DNA of 64,000 nt from Gemmatimonadota bacterium (GCA_031372565.1 JANMLN010000192.1:1-64000), one strand, 5' to 3'. Shown: positions 9,725 to 19,311, counted from the stretch's first letter. A program made the numbers and translations. The notes: a model not told the origin generated them from the letters alone.

Positions 9725-11818
9725 ATGAGCACTATCGGCGGCGGCGAAAGTACCGCGCTCTCGCGCGAACTCGCCGACTTCCTGATCGAGTTCTCGATCG
9801 CGTTGCACAAGAACGCGATCTACCCTGCGGGCCATCCGCTCCTGTCGCAGGCGGTGCGCGGGCTGCTGTCGCGCATGGGGGCGTTGCTCAAGGAAGAGCG
9901 GGCGACGCTGTCGATCGGCGTTGCCCGCCGCCAGCTCATCATCGAAGGGGTCGCGACCGACCCGAACCATCCGCTGCTGCGTGAGCTCGCCCAGCGGCTG
10001 CATCGGCACCAGCTCGGCGCCGTGCGCTTCTCGGCCGGCATCACCAACGACGAGCTGAGCGATTTCCTCGCGACGGTGGCCGTGGATGCGTCGCGGATGG
10101 AGCTGCCGCTGGGGCTCGGCGATCCCGAAGTGCTCCAGCAGTGGCCGCACGCGCGGCTCTTTCCGCTGACATTCGAGCAGCTCGAACTGCTCGATGACGA
10201 CGGCAGCGAGGACGACGACGATCTGGACGGACGGAGCGCGGGCGGCGCGCGCTCGGCCGCGCTCTGGATCGGCCTCGCGCGCGCGGCACTGGCCAAGGAA
10301 GTGGCCAGCGATGAGGAGCTGCCGAGCACCGACCCTGTGGTCGTGGCACAGGCGATCGACGACCACGGCAAGGACGTGGCGTACGACCAGGTGGTGGTGG
10401 GCTACCTGCTGCAGATCGCCGAGGAGCTCAAGAGCAAGCAGGGGAAGGAAGCGGCGGCGCTGCAGAAACGCATTTCGCGCCTGGTGGCATCACTCAACCC
10501 GGCCACGCTGCAGCGGTTGATGGACATGAGCGGCGACACGGTGCAGCGGAACAAGTTCGTGCTGAACGCCACGGCCGGGATGTCGGTGGACGCGGTGGTG
10601 GACATCGTGCAGGCGGCGGCGGACACCTCGCGGCAGACGATCTCGCACTCGATGATGCGCTTGCTCACCAAGTTCGCGGCGCATGCGGAAATGGGGCAGG
10701 ACGTGGTGCGTCCGCAGATGGACGAGGCGCTGCGCGAGCACGTGCAGCGGCTGATCGGCGAGTGGTCGCTGGACGACCCCAATCCGGATGCGTACCGGGT
10801 GGCGCTCGAGGGGATGGCCAAGGCGTCGCCGATGTTCTCGGGGGTCGACCGGTATCCCGCGGAACCGCGGCGCATGGTGGCGATGTCGCTCGAGGTGCAG
10901 AGCGCGGGTGATGCCGTCTGGCGCGCCGTGGACGGCCTGACGCAGAACGGCGAGTTGGGCGTGGTCTTCGATCTGGCCGATCAGGCGCTGGAGAGCTATG
11001 CGCGCGACTCGATGCTCGAGTACATCGCGACCCCCGAGCGGCTGCACGCGCTGCTGGCGGCGGACAGCTTCGACCTGCCCCTGCTGGAGCGCGTGGTGAC
11101 GCGCCTCAAGCACGCGGCGGTGGAGCCGTTGCTCGACACACTCGAGATCGCGGACGATCGCAAGGCGGGCGCGCTGGTGGAGCTGCTGGCCTCGGTCGGC
11201 ATGGAGGCGGCGTCAACGATTCTGGTCCGGCTTCCCCTCTCGCGCTGGACGACGCAGCGGTTGCTGCTCGTGACCATTGCCCGGTTGCCGGTGTGGCCGG
11301 ACGGGTTCACGCCGCTGGACTATGCGCGGCATCCCGATGCACCGGTGCGGCGCGAAGCGCAGCGGATGATGTTCAAGGAGCCGATCCTGCGCGACGAAGG
11401 GATCAAGATCGGGCTGCTGGATGGCGACGAGCGCAACGTGTCGAATGCGCTGGGCGCTGCGGCGCGCGGCTGTCCGCCGGATGCGGTGCGCATCGTGATG
11501 GAGCGGATCGACGACAACTCGCTGTCCGAAGCGATCAAGCCGCTGGCGGTCAAGGTGGCGGCGAGCACGCGGAGTCCGTCGCTGCTGCCGTGGCTGCTGG
11601 CGCGCGTGGAGGGCAAGAAAGGGCTGTTCGGCCGCCGCCTGGCCGAGACGACCCCGCTGATGCTGGCCAGCCTCGAGGCCATCGCGCAGTTCTACGCCGA
11701 TCGTCCCGATACGGCCGACGTGCTGGCGCTGGCGTCCAAGTCGCGCGACGACGAGGTTCGTACAGCCATGACGCGCCGTGCGTCGGTGGCCATGCGCGCG
11801 ATCCAGGACCCGACATGA
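9725..11818 (+). CDS. Hypothetical helical (HEAT-repeat-like) protein
   Basis: GGAG RBS; long GC3-rich ORF; N-terminal YPAGHP domain; C-terminal repeats such as HPDAPVRREA and DGDERNVSNAL. Confidence 0.75.
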   Translation: MSTIGGGESTALSRELADFLIEFSIALHKNAIYPAGHPLLSQAVRGLLSRMGALLKEERATLSIGVARRQLIIEGVATDPNHPLLRELAQRLHRHQLGAVRFSAGITNDELSDFLATVAVDASRMELPLGLGDPEVLQQWPHARLFPLTFEQLELLDDDGSEDDDDLDGRSAGGARSAALWIGLARAALAKEVASDEELPSTDPVVVAQAIDDHGKDVAYDQVVVGYLLQIAEELKSKQGKEAAALQKRISRLVASLNPATLQRLMDMSGDTVQRNKFVLNATAGMSVDAVVDIVQAAADTSRQTISHSMMRLLTKFAAHAEMGQDVVRPQMDEALREHVQRLIGEWSLDDPNPDAYRVALEGMAKASPMFSGVDRYPAEPRRMVAMSLEVQSAGDAVWRAVDGLTQNGELGVVFDLADQALESYARDSMLEYIATPERLHALLAADSFDLPLLERVVTRLKHAAVEPLLDTLEIADDRKAGALVELLASVGMEAASTILVRLPLSRWTTQRLLLVTIARLPVWPDGFTPLDYARHPDAPVRREAQRMMFKEPILRDEGIKIGLLDGDERNVSNALGAAARGCPPDAVRIVMERIDDNSLSEAIKPLAVKVAASTRSPSLLPWLLARVEGKKGLFGRRLAETTPLMLASLEAIAQFYADRPDTADVLALASKSRDDEVRTAMTRRASVAMRAIQDPT

Positions 11819-13083
11819 CCCCGGCCGCGATCTTTCTCACGAACTTTGCGCAGGCGCTGAGCACGATGGTGCTCTACCGCGACGGGCATCCGGCACGCGA
11901 GCGTGCAACGGACAAGGCGTACGGGCGGCTGCGCGACCTCCAGTCCAAGGACGTGAAGCCGCTCTTCTCGTTCCTCGGCAACGAGGTCGTGTACGGCAAC
12001 GTCTCGATGCGGGAGTTGACGGACTGGGACTGGGGGACGCGGCTCGCCAATGCCGGGATCCAGCGGCTCGAGTTCGAGCCGGACGTGACGCGCGAGGATT
12101 TCGAGTATTTCCTCAGCGACGTGCTGGCGCGGCTCACGATGCAGGCGATCGACACGGCGGGAACGCGCACGGAGCGGCGTACCGGGATCAAGTTCGGCGC
12201 GATTGGCGTGCGGGGCGAGCAGGGGACGCTCAAGCCCGAGTCGCAGATGCTGCCGACCGCCACGATTGCCTACACGCTGGGCGAGGAAGCGGAGACGATC
12301 CGCTGGATGCACGACGAGGTGATGACCAAGGGGGAACTGCCGCTCATGGAAGCGGAGACCGTCGTGCGGTCACTCTCCATGGCGATGCACGGCGACAACC
12401 AGATCGTCATTCCGCTCCTGCAGCTGCGCGAGTTCGACGAGTACACCACGACGCATTCGCTCAACGTCTCGGTGCTGAGCATGGCGCTTGCCGAGTTCAT
12501 GGGGATGGGCGCCAAGGACGTGCGCTCCTTTGGCGTGGCCGGGCTGCTGCACGACCTCGGCAAGGTGCGTATCCCCAAGGACATCCTGAACAAGCCGGGC
12601 AAGCTGTCGGACGCGGAGTTCGCGGTCATGCGCCGACACCCGGTGGATGGCGCCAAGATCATCGTGGAGAGCGACCGGCAGCTGGACATCGCGGCGATCG
12701 TCGCCTACGAGCACCACATCATGCTCAACGGCGGCGGCTACCCCAGCATGCGGTTCCGCCGCGACACGCATCAGGCGAGCAAGATCGTGCATGTCTGCGA
12801 TGTGTATGACGCGTTGCGCACCAACCGTCCGTATCGCGAGGCGTGGGACGCGGAACGCGTCGTGAGCCATATCCAGAAGGGCGCGGGGCACGACTTCGAC
12901 CCCGACGTGGTCAAGGCGTTCACCGGGATGATCAACACCTGGGAGAAGCGCGTGGCGGTGGTCGACGAGAGCATGGAGCTCAAGGCGCCGTCGGCGGATC
13001 CGCACGCGGACCGCCAGCCGATCGCGCCGGGGGCGGCGCCACCGGTGCTCGCGCCGCCACCGCCGCCTCCCCATTCTTCCTGA
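11815..13083 (+). CDS. HD-GYP domain cyclic-dinucleotide phosphodiesterase
   Basis: ATGA overlap; DEYTTTHS, LLHDLGK, ILNKPGKL, EHHIMLNGGGYP, DVYDAL..RPYR motifs. Confidence 0.9.
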   Translation: MTPAAIFLTNFAQALSTMVLYRDGHPARERATDKAYGRLRDLQSKDVKPLFSFLGNEVVYGNVSMRELTDWDWGTRLANAGIQRLEFEPDVTREDFEYFLSDVLARLTMQAIDTAGTRTERRTGIKFGAIGVRGEQGTLKPESQMLPTATIAYTLGEEAETIRWMHDEVMTKGELPLMEAETVVRSLSMAMHGDNQIVIPLLQLREFDEYTTTHSLNVSVLSMALAEFMGMGAKDVRSFGVAGLLHDLGKVRIPKDILNKPGKLSDAEFAVMRRHPVDGAKIIVESDRQLDIAAIVAYEHHIMLNGGGYPSMRFRRDTHQASKIVHVCDVYDALRTNRPYREAWDAERVVSHIQKGAGHDFDPDVVKAFTGMINTWEKRVAVVDESMELKAPSADPHADRQPIAPGAAPPVLAPPPPPPHSS

Positions 13084-13141
13084 CGTCGCCTGGACGCGCG
13101 ACCCTGCCTCGCCACACGACCCACCGTCTCTCGAGCATTCC

Positions 13142-13717
13142 ATGGCCAATCACGCAAACGACAAGAAGGGCGCCGCCGCTGTCGACGCCGAGCCGACCCC
13201 CGAAAGTCTCGACGCCGTGCGGGATATCCTCTTCGGTGGCCAGATGCGGACCGTCGAGACGCGCCTGCGCAACATCGAGGACCGGTTCCAGCAGGAGTTG
13301 GAATCGCTGCGCGGCGAGTTCCAGAAGCGCGCGGCCGAACTCGACCAGTTCGCGAAGAAGGAGACGCAGGCGCTGCACGAACGGGTCGCGGCCGAGAACG
13401 ATGCGCGCGTACAATCGCTGCGCGAACTGGCGGGCGAAGTGAAGGACGCCTTCAAGCAGGCGAACCAGCGGCATGTCGCGCTCGAGCAGAGCACCTCGCT
13501 GTCCGATGCCGAGCTCCGCGATCAGCTCATCGCCCAGGCCAAGGCCGCCGCCGCCGAACTCAACCGGATTCACGAGAAGCTCTCGGCCGAGCTCGCCAAG
13601 TCGCACGCCGATCTCTCGCACGCGAAAACCGACCGCAGCCAGATTGCGGCGTTGCTCGGCGAGATGGCACAGCACATCGCGAACAACGCCGGCACGCCCA
13701 AGGGTCAGAAGGGTTAG
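13142..13717 (+). CDS. Coiled-coil hypothetical protein
   Basis: LDAVRDILFG start motif, E/K/Q/L-rich heptad-like body, KTDRSQIAALLGEMA end; 3 nt upstream of the OmpA gene. Confidence 0.8.
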   Translation: MANHANDKKGAAAVDAEPTPESLDAVRDILFGGQMRTVETRLRNIEDRFQQELESLRGEFQKRAAELDQFAKKETQALHERVAAENDARVQSLRELAGEVKDAFKQANQRHVALEQSTSLSDAELRDQLIAQAKAAAAELNRIHEKLSAELAKSHADLSHAKTDRSQIAALLGEMAQHIANNAGTPKGQKG

Positions 13718-13720
13718 CGG

Positions 13721-15634
13721 ATGGCTGATGTGACCGCGGCGTCGCGCGCGAGCGACGTGCCCCGCGGCACGGGCGCGGAGGCCACACTCACGCCACCGAG
13801 TGTGCCACTCGTGGACGGCGCACCGGTGCCGCTCGCGCCGTCGGCAGCGGCTGGGTCAGCCACACCGGCCGCCGACCCGCGCACCGTCGAGCTCGCCGAG
13901 CTTCGCCGATTGTTGTTGGGCGCAGAGCAGGCGCGACTCGACGAGCACGACCGGCGCATCCGCGACAACGAAATGAGTCCCGAGCACCTGGCATCACGAC
14001 TGCCCGAGGCCATCGTGCTGCGCGCAGGTCAGGACAAGCAGCTCGCGCGCGCGCTCGCGCCCACCGTGGAAGCGGCCATCAGCGAGTCGGTGCGGCGGAA
14101 GCCGGGTGAATTCGCCGACGCGATCTTCCCCGTGCTCGGTCCCGCCATCCGGAAGGCGATCGCGGAGACGATGGCCGAGTTGGTGGGGTCGATCAACCGG
14201 GCGATGCAGCACTCGTTCTCGGCGCGCGGGCTCTCGTGGCGCATCGAGTCCTGGCGCACCGGTGTGCCGTATGCACAGGTGGTCATCAAGCATGCGCTTG
14301 TCTATCGCGTCGAGCAGGTGTTCCTGGTGCACCGCGAAACGGGGCTCCTCCTCGCGCAGGCGCATCCGCCGCACCTGGAGGTGCCCGACGCCGATCTCGT
14401 GAGCGGCATGCTCACGGCCATCCGCGATTTCGTGGGCGATTCATTTGCCGGCGAGAAAGAGGTGGGCGGGCTGCGCACGTTCAGCGTGGGCGAGCTGACC
14501 GTGATGGTGGAGCAGGGACCACGCGCGCTGCTCGCGGCGGTCGTGCGCGGGCAAGCGCCGGAGTCGTACGTGCGTCGGTTACAGGAGACGATCGAAGGGG
14601 TACACGCGCAGTTTGCGAGTGTGCTCGCGGACTTCGACGGCGATACAGCGCAGTTCGGCCCGGTGCAGCCGTTGCTCGAGGATTGCCTCGTGACCGTGCT
14701 CGCGACCGATGCACCGGCGGGCACGAAGGTGAACACGACGCCGTATCTGATTGCGCTTGGTGCCGTGGTCGTGCTCACGCTGGCGTGGAGCACCTGGCAG
14801 ACGATGCGCTGGTCGCGCGTGATCGGTGCCTTGCGCGCGACGCCGGGGATCGTGGTCATGGAATCACAGCGCGGGTGGCGGACGCACACCGTGCGCGGGC
14901 TGCGCGATCCGGATGCGATCCCGCCCAATGCGTTGTTCGCGTCGGCCGGCTACGACAGTGTGCGCGTCGAGCAGCAGTGGGAACCGTACCTCTCCCTGGA
15001 ACCGTCGCTAGTGTTGAAGCGTGTGCAACGTCGACTCGGCGCTCCGCAGCCCGGCACCCCCACGTACTCGCTTCGCGGCGACACGGTGGTGGTGGGTGGT
15101 GCGATCGATGCGGCGTGGTTGGCGCGGGTGGCGCGGCGTACCGGTTGGCCGGCGGGGGTGGCGACCGCGGACGTTCGCTCGGCGGAGCCGATCGTGCCGG
15201 CGTCGCTTGCCGCGGTCGCCGACTCGATGACGTCGGTGCGGGTGCTCTTTGCGGCAGGGTCATCGGAACTGGACGGCGCGGCGCGGTCCGCCATACGCAG
15301 TGCGGCGCGACAGGCGCGACAGGTGGCCGTGGCGCTGGCCGCCGATGGTGTGGTCGCCACGGTGACACTGGCCGGTCGCGCCGACGTGACCGGGACCGAG
15401 GCGACCAATGCAGCGCTCAGTCGCGAGCGCGCCGACCGCGTTCGTGGCGCGCTGGATGCCGCACTGCGCGACGGCGCGGCCAAGGGGCCGGTCGTCCGCT
15501 TCGATCCGCGAGGACTCGGGACCGCCGAGCCGATCGCCGCCGGCGATTCCGTGGCTCGCGCTCGGCTGAATCGCAGCGTATCGTTTGGCATTCGCCTCGT
15601 GATCGACGCCCTGTCCGGAGCCCGGCCGCAATGA
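13721..15634 (+). CDS. Membrane-anchored OmpA-family protein with a cytoplasmic longin/roadblock-like domain
   Basis: Single TM segment (YLIALGAVVVLTLAW); C-terminal VLFAAGSSEL..GRAD..N..LSRERA..V..GLG..P..NRSV OmpA-like motif; N-terminal VFLVHRETGLLL..DLVSGMLTAIRDF. Confidence 0.85.
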   Translation: MADVTAASRASDVPRGTGAEATLTPPSVPLVDGAPVPLAPSAAAGSATPAADPRTVELAELRRLLLGAEQARLDEHDRRIRDNEMSPEHLASRLPEAIVLRAGQDKQLARALAPTVEAAISESVRRKPGEFADAIFPVLGPAIRKAIAETMAELVGSINRAMQHSFSARGLSWRIESWRTGVPYAQVVIKHALVYRVEQVFLVHRETGLLLAQAHPPHLEVPDADLVSGMLTAIRDFVGDSFAGEKEVGGLRTFSVGELTVMVEQGPRALLAAVVRGQAPESYVRRLQETIEGVHAQFASVLADFDGDTAQFGPVQPLLEDCLVTVLATDAPAGTKVNTTPYLIALGAVVVLTLAWSTWQTMRWSRVIGALRATPGIVVMESQRGWRTHTVRGLRDPDAIPPNALFASAGYDSVRVEQQWEPYLSLEPSLVLKRVQRRLGAPQPGTPTYSLRGDTVVVGGAIDAAWLARVARRTGWPAGVATADVRSAEPIVPASLAAVADSMTSVRVLFAAGSSELDGAARSAIRSAARQARQVAVALAADGVVATVTLAGRADVTGTEATNAALSRERADRVRGALDAALRDGAAKGPVVRFDPRGLGTAEPIAAGDSVARARLNRSVSFGIRLVIDALSGARPQ

Positions 15635-16137
15635 TCCAGAAGAAAGTGTGCATGGTCGGGGTCTTCGGCACCGGCAAGACCAGCCTCGTGCAGCAGTACG
15701 TGCACACGAAGTTCACCGACAAGTACCACAGCACGGTGGGGGTCAAGATTGACCGCAAGGTCGTGAACGTCGACGGCACCGATATCACGCTCGTCCTGTG
15801 GGATCTGGCGGGCCGCGACCCGCAGCAGGATGTGGGCTCGAGCTACCTCAAGGGGGCGCACGGCGTGATCTACGTGGGCGACGGGACACGCCGCGAGACG
15901 GTGTCGGAGCTGGACGACTTGCTCCGCGTGGCGACCGCGGCGGCCGGGCCCGTGCCAAGCGTGACAGCGATCAACAAGATCGACCTCACGGAGCAGTGGG
16001 CACTCACCCCCGAGGACTATCAGGCGCTGGTCAAGCGCGGCGGGCTGTTCCGCACGAGCGCCAAGACGGGTGAAGGGGTGGAGGCGATGTTCCTGCAACT
16101 GGCACGCTTCCTCACGGTACCGAAGGCGGGCGCATGA
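15631..16137 (+). CDS. Rab/Ras-like small GTPase (168 aa)
   Basis: ATGA overlap; G1 GVFGTGKT, G2 YHSTVGV, G3 WDLAG, G4 NKID, G5 TSAK. Confidence 0.93.
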   Translation: MIQKKVCMVGVFGTGKTSLVQQYVHTKFTDKYHSTVGVKIDRKVVNVDGTDITLVLWDLAGRDPQQDVGSSYLKGAHGVIYVGDGTRRETVSELDDLLRVATAAAGPVPSVTAINKIDLTEQWALTPEDYQALVKRGGLFRTSAKTGEGVEAMFLQLARFLTVPKAGA

Positions 16138-16964
16138 GCGCGATCTTCAGCGGCGGCATCGACGTCTTCGGTCTGTCGGACGTCGGTCGGAAGCGTACGC
16201 GCAACGAGGATCACTTCGTGATCGCGACGTTGCGCAAGGAGATCCTGCTGCGGCAGAGCAATCTCGCGGACACCTCGGTGTTTGACGCGGCGCGTGGTGT
16301 CGAGGCGCAGCTGTTGGCGGTGGCTGATGGCGTGGGCGGGCAGGCCGGCGGGGACGTGGCGAGTCGCACGGCCGTGACCGCGCTCGTGGGGTACCTGAAT
16401 ACCACGATGACCTGCTTCAACAATCTCGACGTGGATGCGGAGCACGAGTTTCTGGAGAAGCTCGAGGCCGGCGTGCACGCGGCACACCAGCAGGTGCGCG
16501 ACGCGCACGGCCGCGACAGCCGCCCGCCGGCGACCACACTCACGATGATCACGCTGCTCTGGCCGCGCGCGTATGTGGTGCATGTGGGCGATAGCCGGGC
16601 GATGTACTTGCACAACGGGTGGCTGCGTCCGCTGACGCGCGACCAGACGATGGGCGAGGCCATGGTCGATGCCGGTGCGATGACCGAGGAGCAGGCCGCG
16701 CGGTCGTCGCTCTCGCAGACGCTGTACAGTGCGTTGGGCGCACAGGACATGTTGCCGAGCGTGGGGCTCGTGGACTTTGCGGCGGGCGACGTGCTGCTGA
16801 TGTGTTCGGATGGCCTGACCAAGCACGTGAACGATACGCGGATCAGTGAAGTGCTGAGCCAGCCGTGGACCGCGGAGATGATGACGAAGACGCTGGTGCA
16901 GGACGCGCTCGAGGGTGGGGGCAGCGATAACGTGACGGTGATCGTGGCGCGGATGATCGGGTAG
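16134..16964 (+). CDS. PP2C-family Ser/Thr protein phosphatase
   Basis: ATGA overlap; DVGRKRTRNEDH, VADGVGG, HVGDSR, CSDGL and GGSDNVT motifs. Confidence 0.93.
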   Translation: MSAIFSGGIDVFGLSDVGRKRTRNEDHFVIATLRKEILLRQSNLADTSVFDAARGVEAQLLAVADGVGGQAGGDVASRTAVTALVGYLNTTMTCFNNLDVDAEHEFLEKLEAGVHAAHQQVRDAHGRDSRPPATTLTMITLLWPRAYVVHVGDSRAMYLHNGWLRPLTRDQTMGEAMVDAGAMTEEQAARSSLSQTLYSALGAQDMLPSVGLVDFAAGDVLLMCSDGLTKHVNDTRISEVLSQPWTAEMMTKTLVQDALEGGGSDNVTVIVARMIG

Positions 16965-16990
16965 CGTTGGCTAACACGATGTAGCACAAC

Positions 16991-17015
16991 AACTTGCACA
17001 AGAGGTGTGCAAGTT
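16991..17015. promoter_or_regulatory. Perfect 10-bp inverted repeat (terminator or operator) upstream of the VIT-ECF operon
   Basis: AACTTGCACA-agagg-TGTGCAAGTT followed by TT, in an AT-rich intergenic stretch. Confidence 0.5.
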
Positions 17016-17067
17016 TTCGATCGACCGACGTCTCCTTGGCGTCCCACCAACCCAAGGAGTTCGTCCC

Positions 17068-19311
17068 ATGCGTACATCCGTTCTCACCCTCGCGCTGGCC
17101 GGCGCGTCCCTCGCTCCGCTCGCCGCACGCCACGCCGACGCGCAGGGCATTGTCATCGATCGTCCGCCGTCGTGCGGTCCCACCCAGAACTGCGGTTTCG
17201 TACCCGGAGTGCCGCAGGTCGAGCGCGCCTCCAGCACGGTGCGCATCGACCTGGTCAACGGGGTCGCGCGCTACGAAGTCACCGAGACGTTCATCAATCG
17301 CGGCGGTCGCGTCGGCGAAGCCGACTACCTCTACCCGATGCCCAAGGGCGCCGCGTTCCAGGACCTCAAGCTCTCGATCAACGGCGAGCTGGTCAGCGGC
17401 GAAACGATGAACGCCCAGCAGGCCCGCCAGATCTACGAGCAGATCGTGGCCAAGCAGCGTGACCCCGCGCTCGTGGAATGGATGGGCTATGGCCTGCTCC
17501 GCACGCGCATCTTCCCGATCGCACCCGGTGAAGAGAAGAAAGTCGTCGTGCGCTTCTCGCAGGTGGCCGAACGCGAGGGCGATGCGCTGCGGCTCGACTA
17601 CTTCCGCGGGCCCACGACCAACGGGCCGCGGGAACGCTCCAACGCCGCACCGACCGGCCGCATGCGCTTCGTGCTGTCGTACAGCAACGACGCCCCGTAC
17701 GGCCGTCCCTACTCGCCGACGCACGACGTGAATCCGCGACGCGAAGGCGACAAGCAGGTGGTGGACATCGAAGGCGGCGCGCGCGAACTCACGGTCCTGC
17801 TCCCGGTGCGCACCGCCCGCGACGCCGCGATTGCCATGTTGCCGCAGGCCGAAGGTGGCGACGGCCGCTATGCCCTCGTGACGCTCACGCCCCCCGTCAT
17901 GAACGCGCGTCGCACCCCGCGCGACATGACGTTCGTGATCGACATCTCGGGCTCGATGAGCGGGCGAAAGCTCGAACAGGCCAAGGCGGCCGGCCGCCAG
18001 CTGCTGGCCACGCTCGGCGAGGGGGACCGGTTCCGCATCGTGCCGTTCGCCAGTGATGTGCGATCGTTCCGCGATGGTTGGAGCGATGCCACCAGGGATG
18101 AATTAGGGGCAGCACGCAACTATATCGATGGCCTCGAAGTGGCGGGCGGCACCAACATCATCGGCGCGCTCCGCGAAGCCACCCGGCTGCCCAGTGCGGA
18201 CGGACGGCTGCCGATCGTCATCTTCATGACCGACGGTGCGCCCTCCGTGGGCGAGCAGCGGCCTGCCGTGATCGCCGACTCGGCGCGCGCATGGCGCGGT
18301 GGTCGTCGTATGTTCACCTTCGGGCTCGGGAGTGATGTCAACGTGTCGCTGCTCGAGCAACTCGCCCTCTCCGGGCGGGGTACCGCACAGTTCGCGCGTC
18401 CAGAGGAGGATGTCGAGCGCATGGTCGGGATCACCGCGAGCCGCCTGATGGCGCCGATCGTCACCGACCTCCGCATCCATGCGGAGGGGGTGCGACTGCT
18501 GCGCACCATGCCGCAGGACGCGCAGGATCTCTTTGCGGGCCAGGACCTCGTGGTGCTCACGCAGTACGAAGGGACCGGGCGCGGTACGATCGTGTTCGAG
18601 GGGCGTACGTCGAGCGGCCCCGTGCGGTGGACGCAGAACGTGAACTTCCCGGACCGCGAGACGGGCAACGCCTTCGTGCCACGCCTCTGGGCCACGCAGC
18701 GGATAGGCTGGTTGGCAGCGGAGAAGCGCCGCACCAACACGACCGAGCTCGACAGCGAGATCCGCGGCCTCGGCGAGAAGTTCGGCATCCCGACCGAGTT
18801 CACCTCGTACCTGGTGCTCGAGCCCGGCATGGTTGCCAACCAGCCCGGCCTCATGGGCGACGTCCGTCGGGAAACGGTGAACCGCGTCGGCGCTGGCGCC
18901 GCTGCGGCAGCCGCTCCCGCGATGGGAGCCGAGTCGCGGTTCGACATGGCGAAGGCGGCATCGGCGCAGCGCGCGACCAAGAGCCTGGCCGCACTCGACG
19001 ACGCGTCGAACAGCATGGGCAGCGCAGACAAGAAGATGCGCTCGGGCTCGGGCCGCACCTTCGTGCTGCAGGGCGACAGCTGGACCGACACGCGCTATCG
19101 CCGCGATGCGAAGCTGGCCGTCATCAAGGTGAAGGGCTACGGCGAAGCGTACTTCGCCCTGCTCCGCGCGCTCCCGCAGCTCAAGGACGCGTTTGCGCTC
19201 GGTGACAAGGTGACCATCGTCGGAAAGGGACTCGTGCTCGAGGTGGCCCCCGATGGGGCGGCCGTGCTCGTCAGCGCGGATCTCGACCGGGTGCGCAAGG
19301 CCATCGAGTGA
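17068..19311 (+). CDS. Exported VIT and vWA domain protein
   Basis: AAGGAG RBS; signal peptide ending ADA-Q; VIT-like EVTETFIN..EADYLYPMP..RDPALVEW; MIDAS DISGS, GGTNI, MTDG; TEFTSYLV. Confidence 0.9.
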   Translation: MRTSVLTLALAGASLAPLAARHADAQGIVIDRPPSCGPTQNCGFVPGVPQVERASSTVRIDLVNGVARYEVTETFINRGGRVGEADYLYPMPKGAAFQDLKLSINGELVSGETMNAQQARQIYEQIVAKQRDPALVEWMGYGLLRTRIFPIAPGEEKKVVVRFSQVAEREGDALRLDYFRGPTTNGPRERSNAAPTGRMRFVLSYSNDAPYGRPYSPTHDVNPRREGDKQVVDIEGGARELTVLLPVRTARDAAIAMLPQAEGGDGRYALVTLTPPVMNARRTPRDMTFVIDISGSMSGRKLEQAKAAGRQLLATLGEGDRFRIVPFASDVRSFRDGWSDATRDELGAARNYIDGLEVAGGTNIIGALREATRLPSADGRLPIVIFMTDGAPSVGEQRPAVIADSARAWRGGRRMFTFGLGSDVNVSLLEQLALSGRGTAQFARPEEDVERMVGITASRLMAPIVTDLRIHAEGVRLLRTMPQDAQDLFAGQDLVVLTQYEGTGRGTIVFEGRTSSGPVRWTQNVNFPDRETGNAFVPRLWATQRIGWLAAEKRRTNTTELDSEIRGLGEKFGIPTEFTSYLVLEPGMVANQPGLMGDVRRETVNRVGAGAAAAAAPAMGAESRFDMAKAASAQRATKSLAALDDASNSMGSADKKMRSGSGRTFVLQGDSWTDTRYRRDAKLAVIKVKGYGEAYFALLRALPQLKDAFALGDKVTIVGKGLVLEVAPDGAAVLVSADLDRVRKAIE

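Noticed and set aside
18050..18130. Slightly AT-richer codons inside the VIT-vWA gene
   Set aside because: Short and mild; within plausible noise
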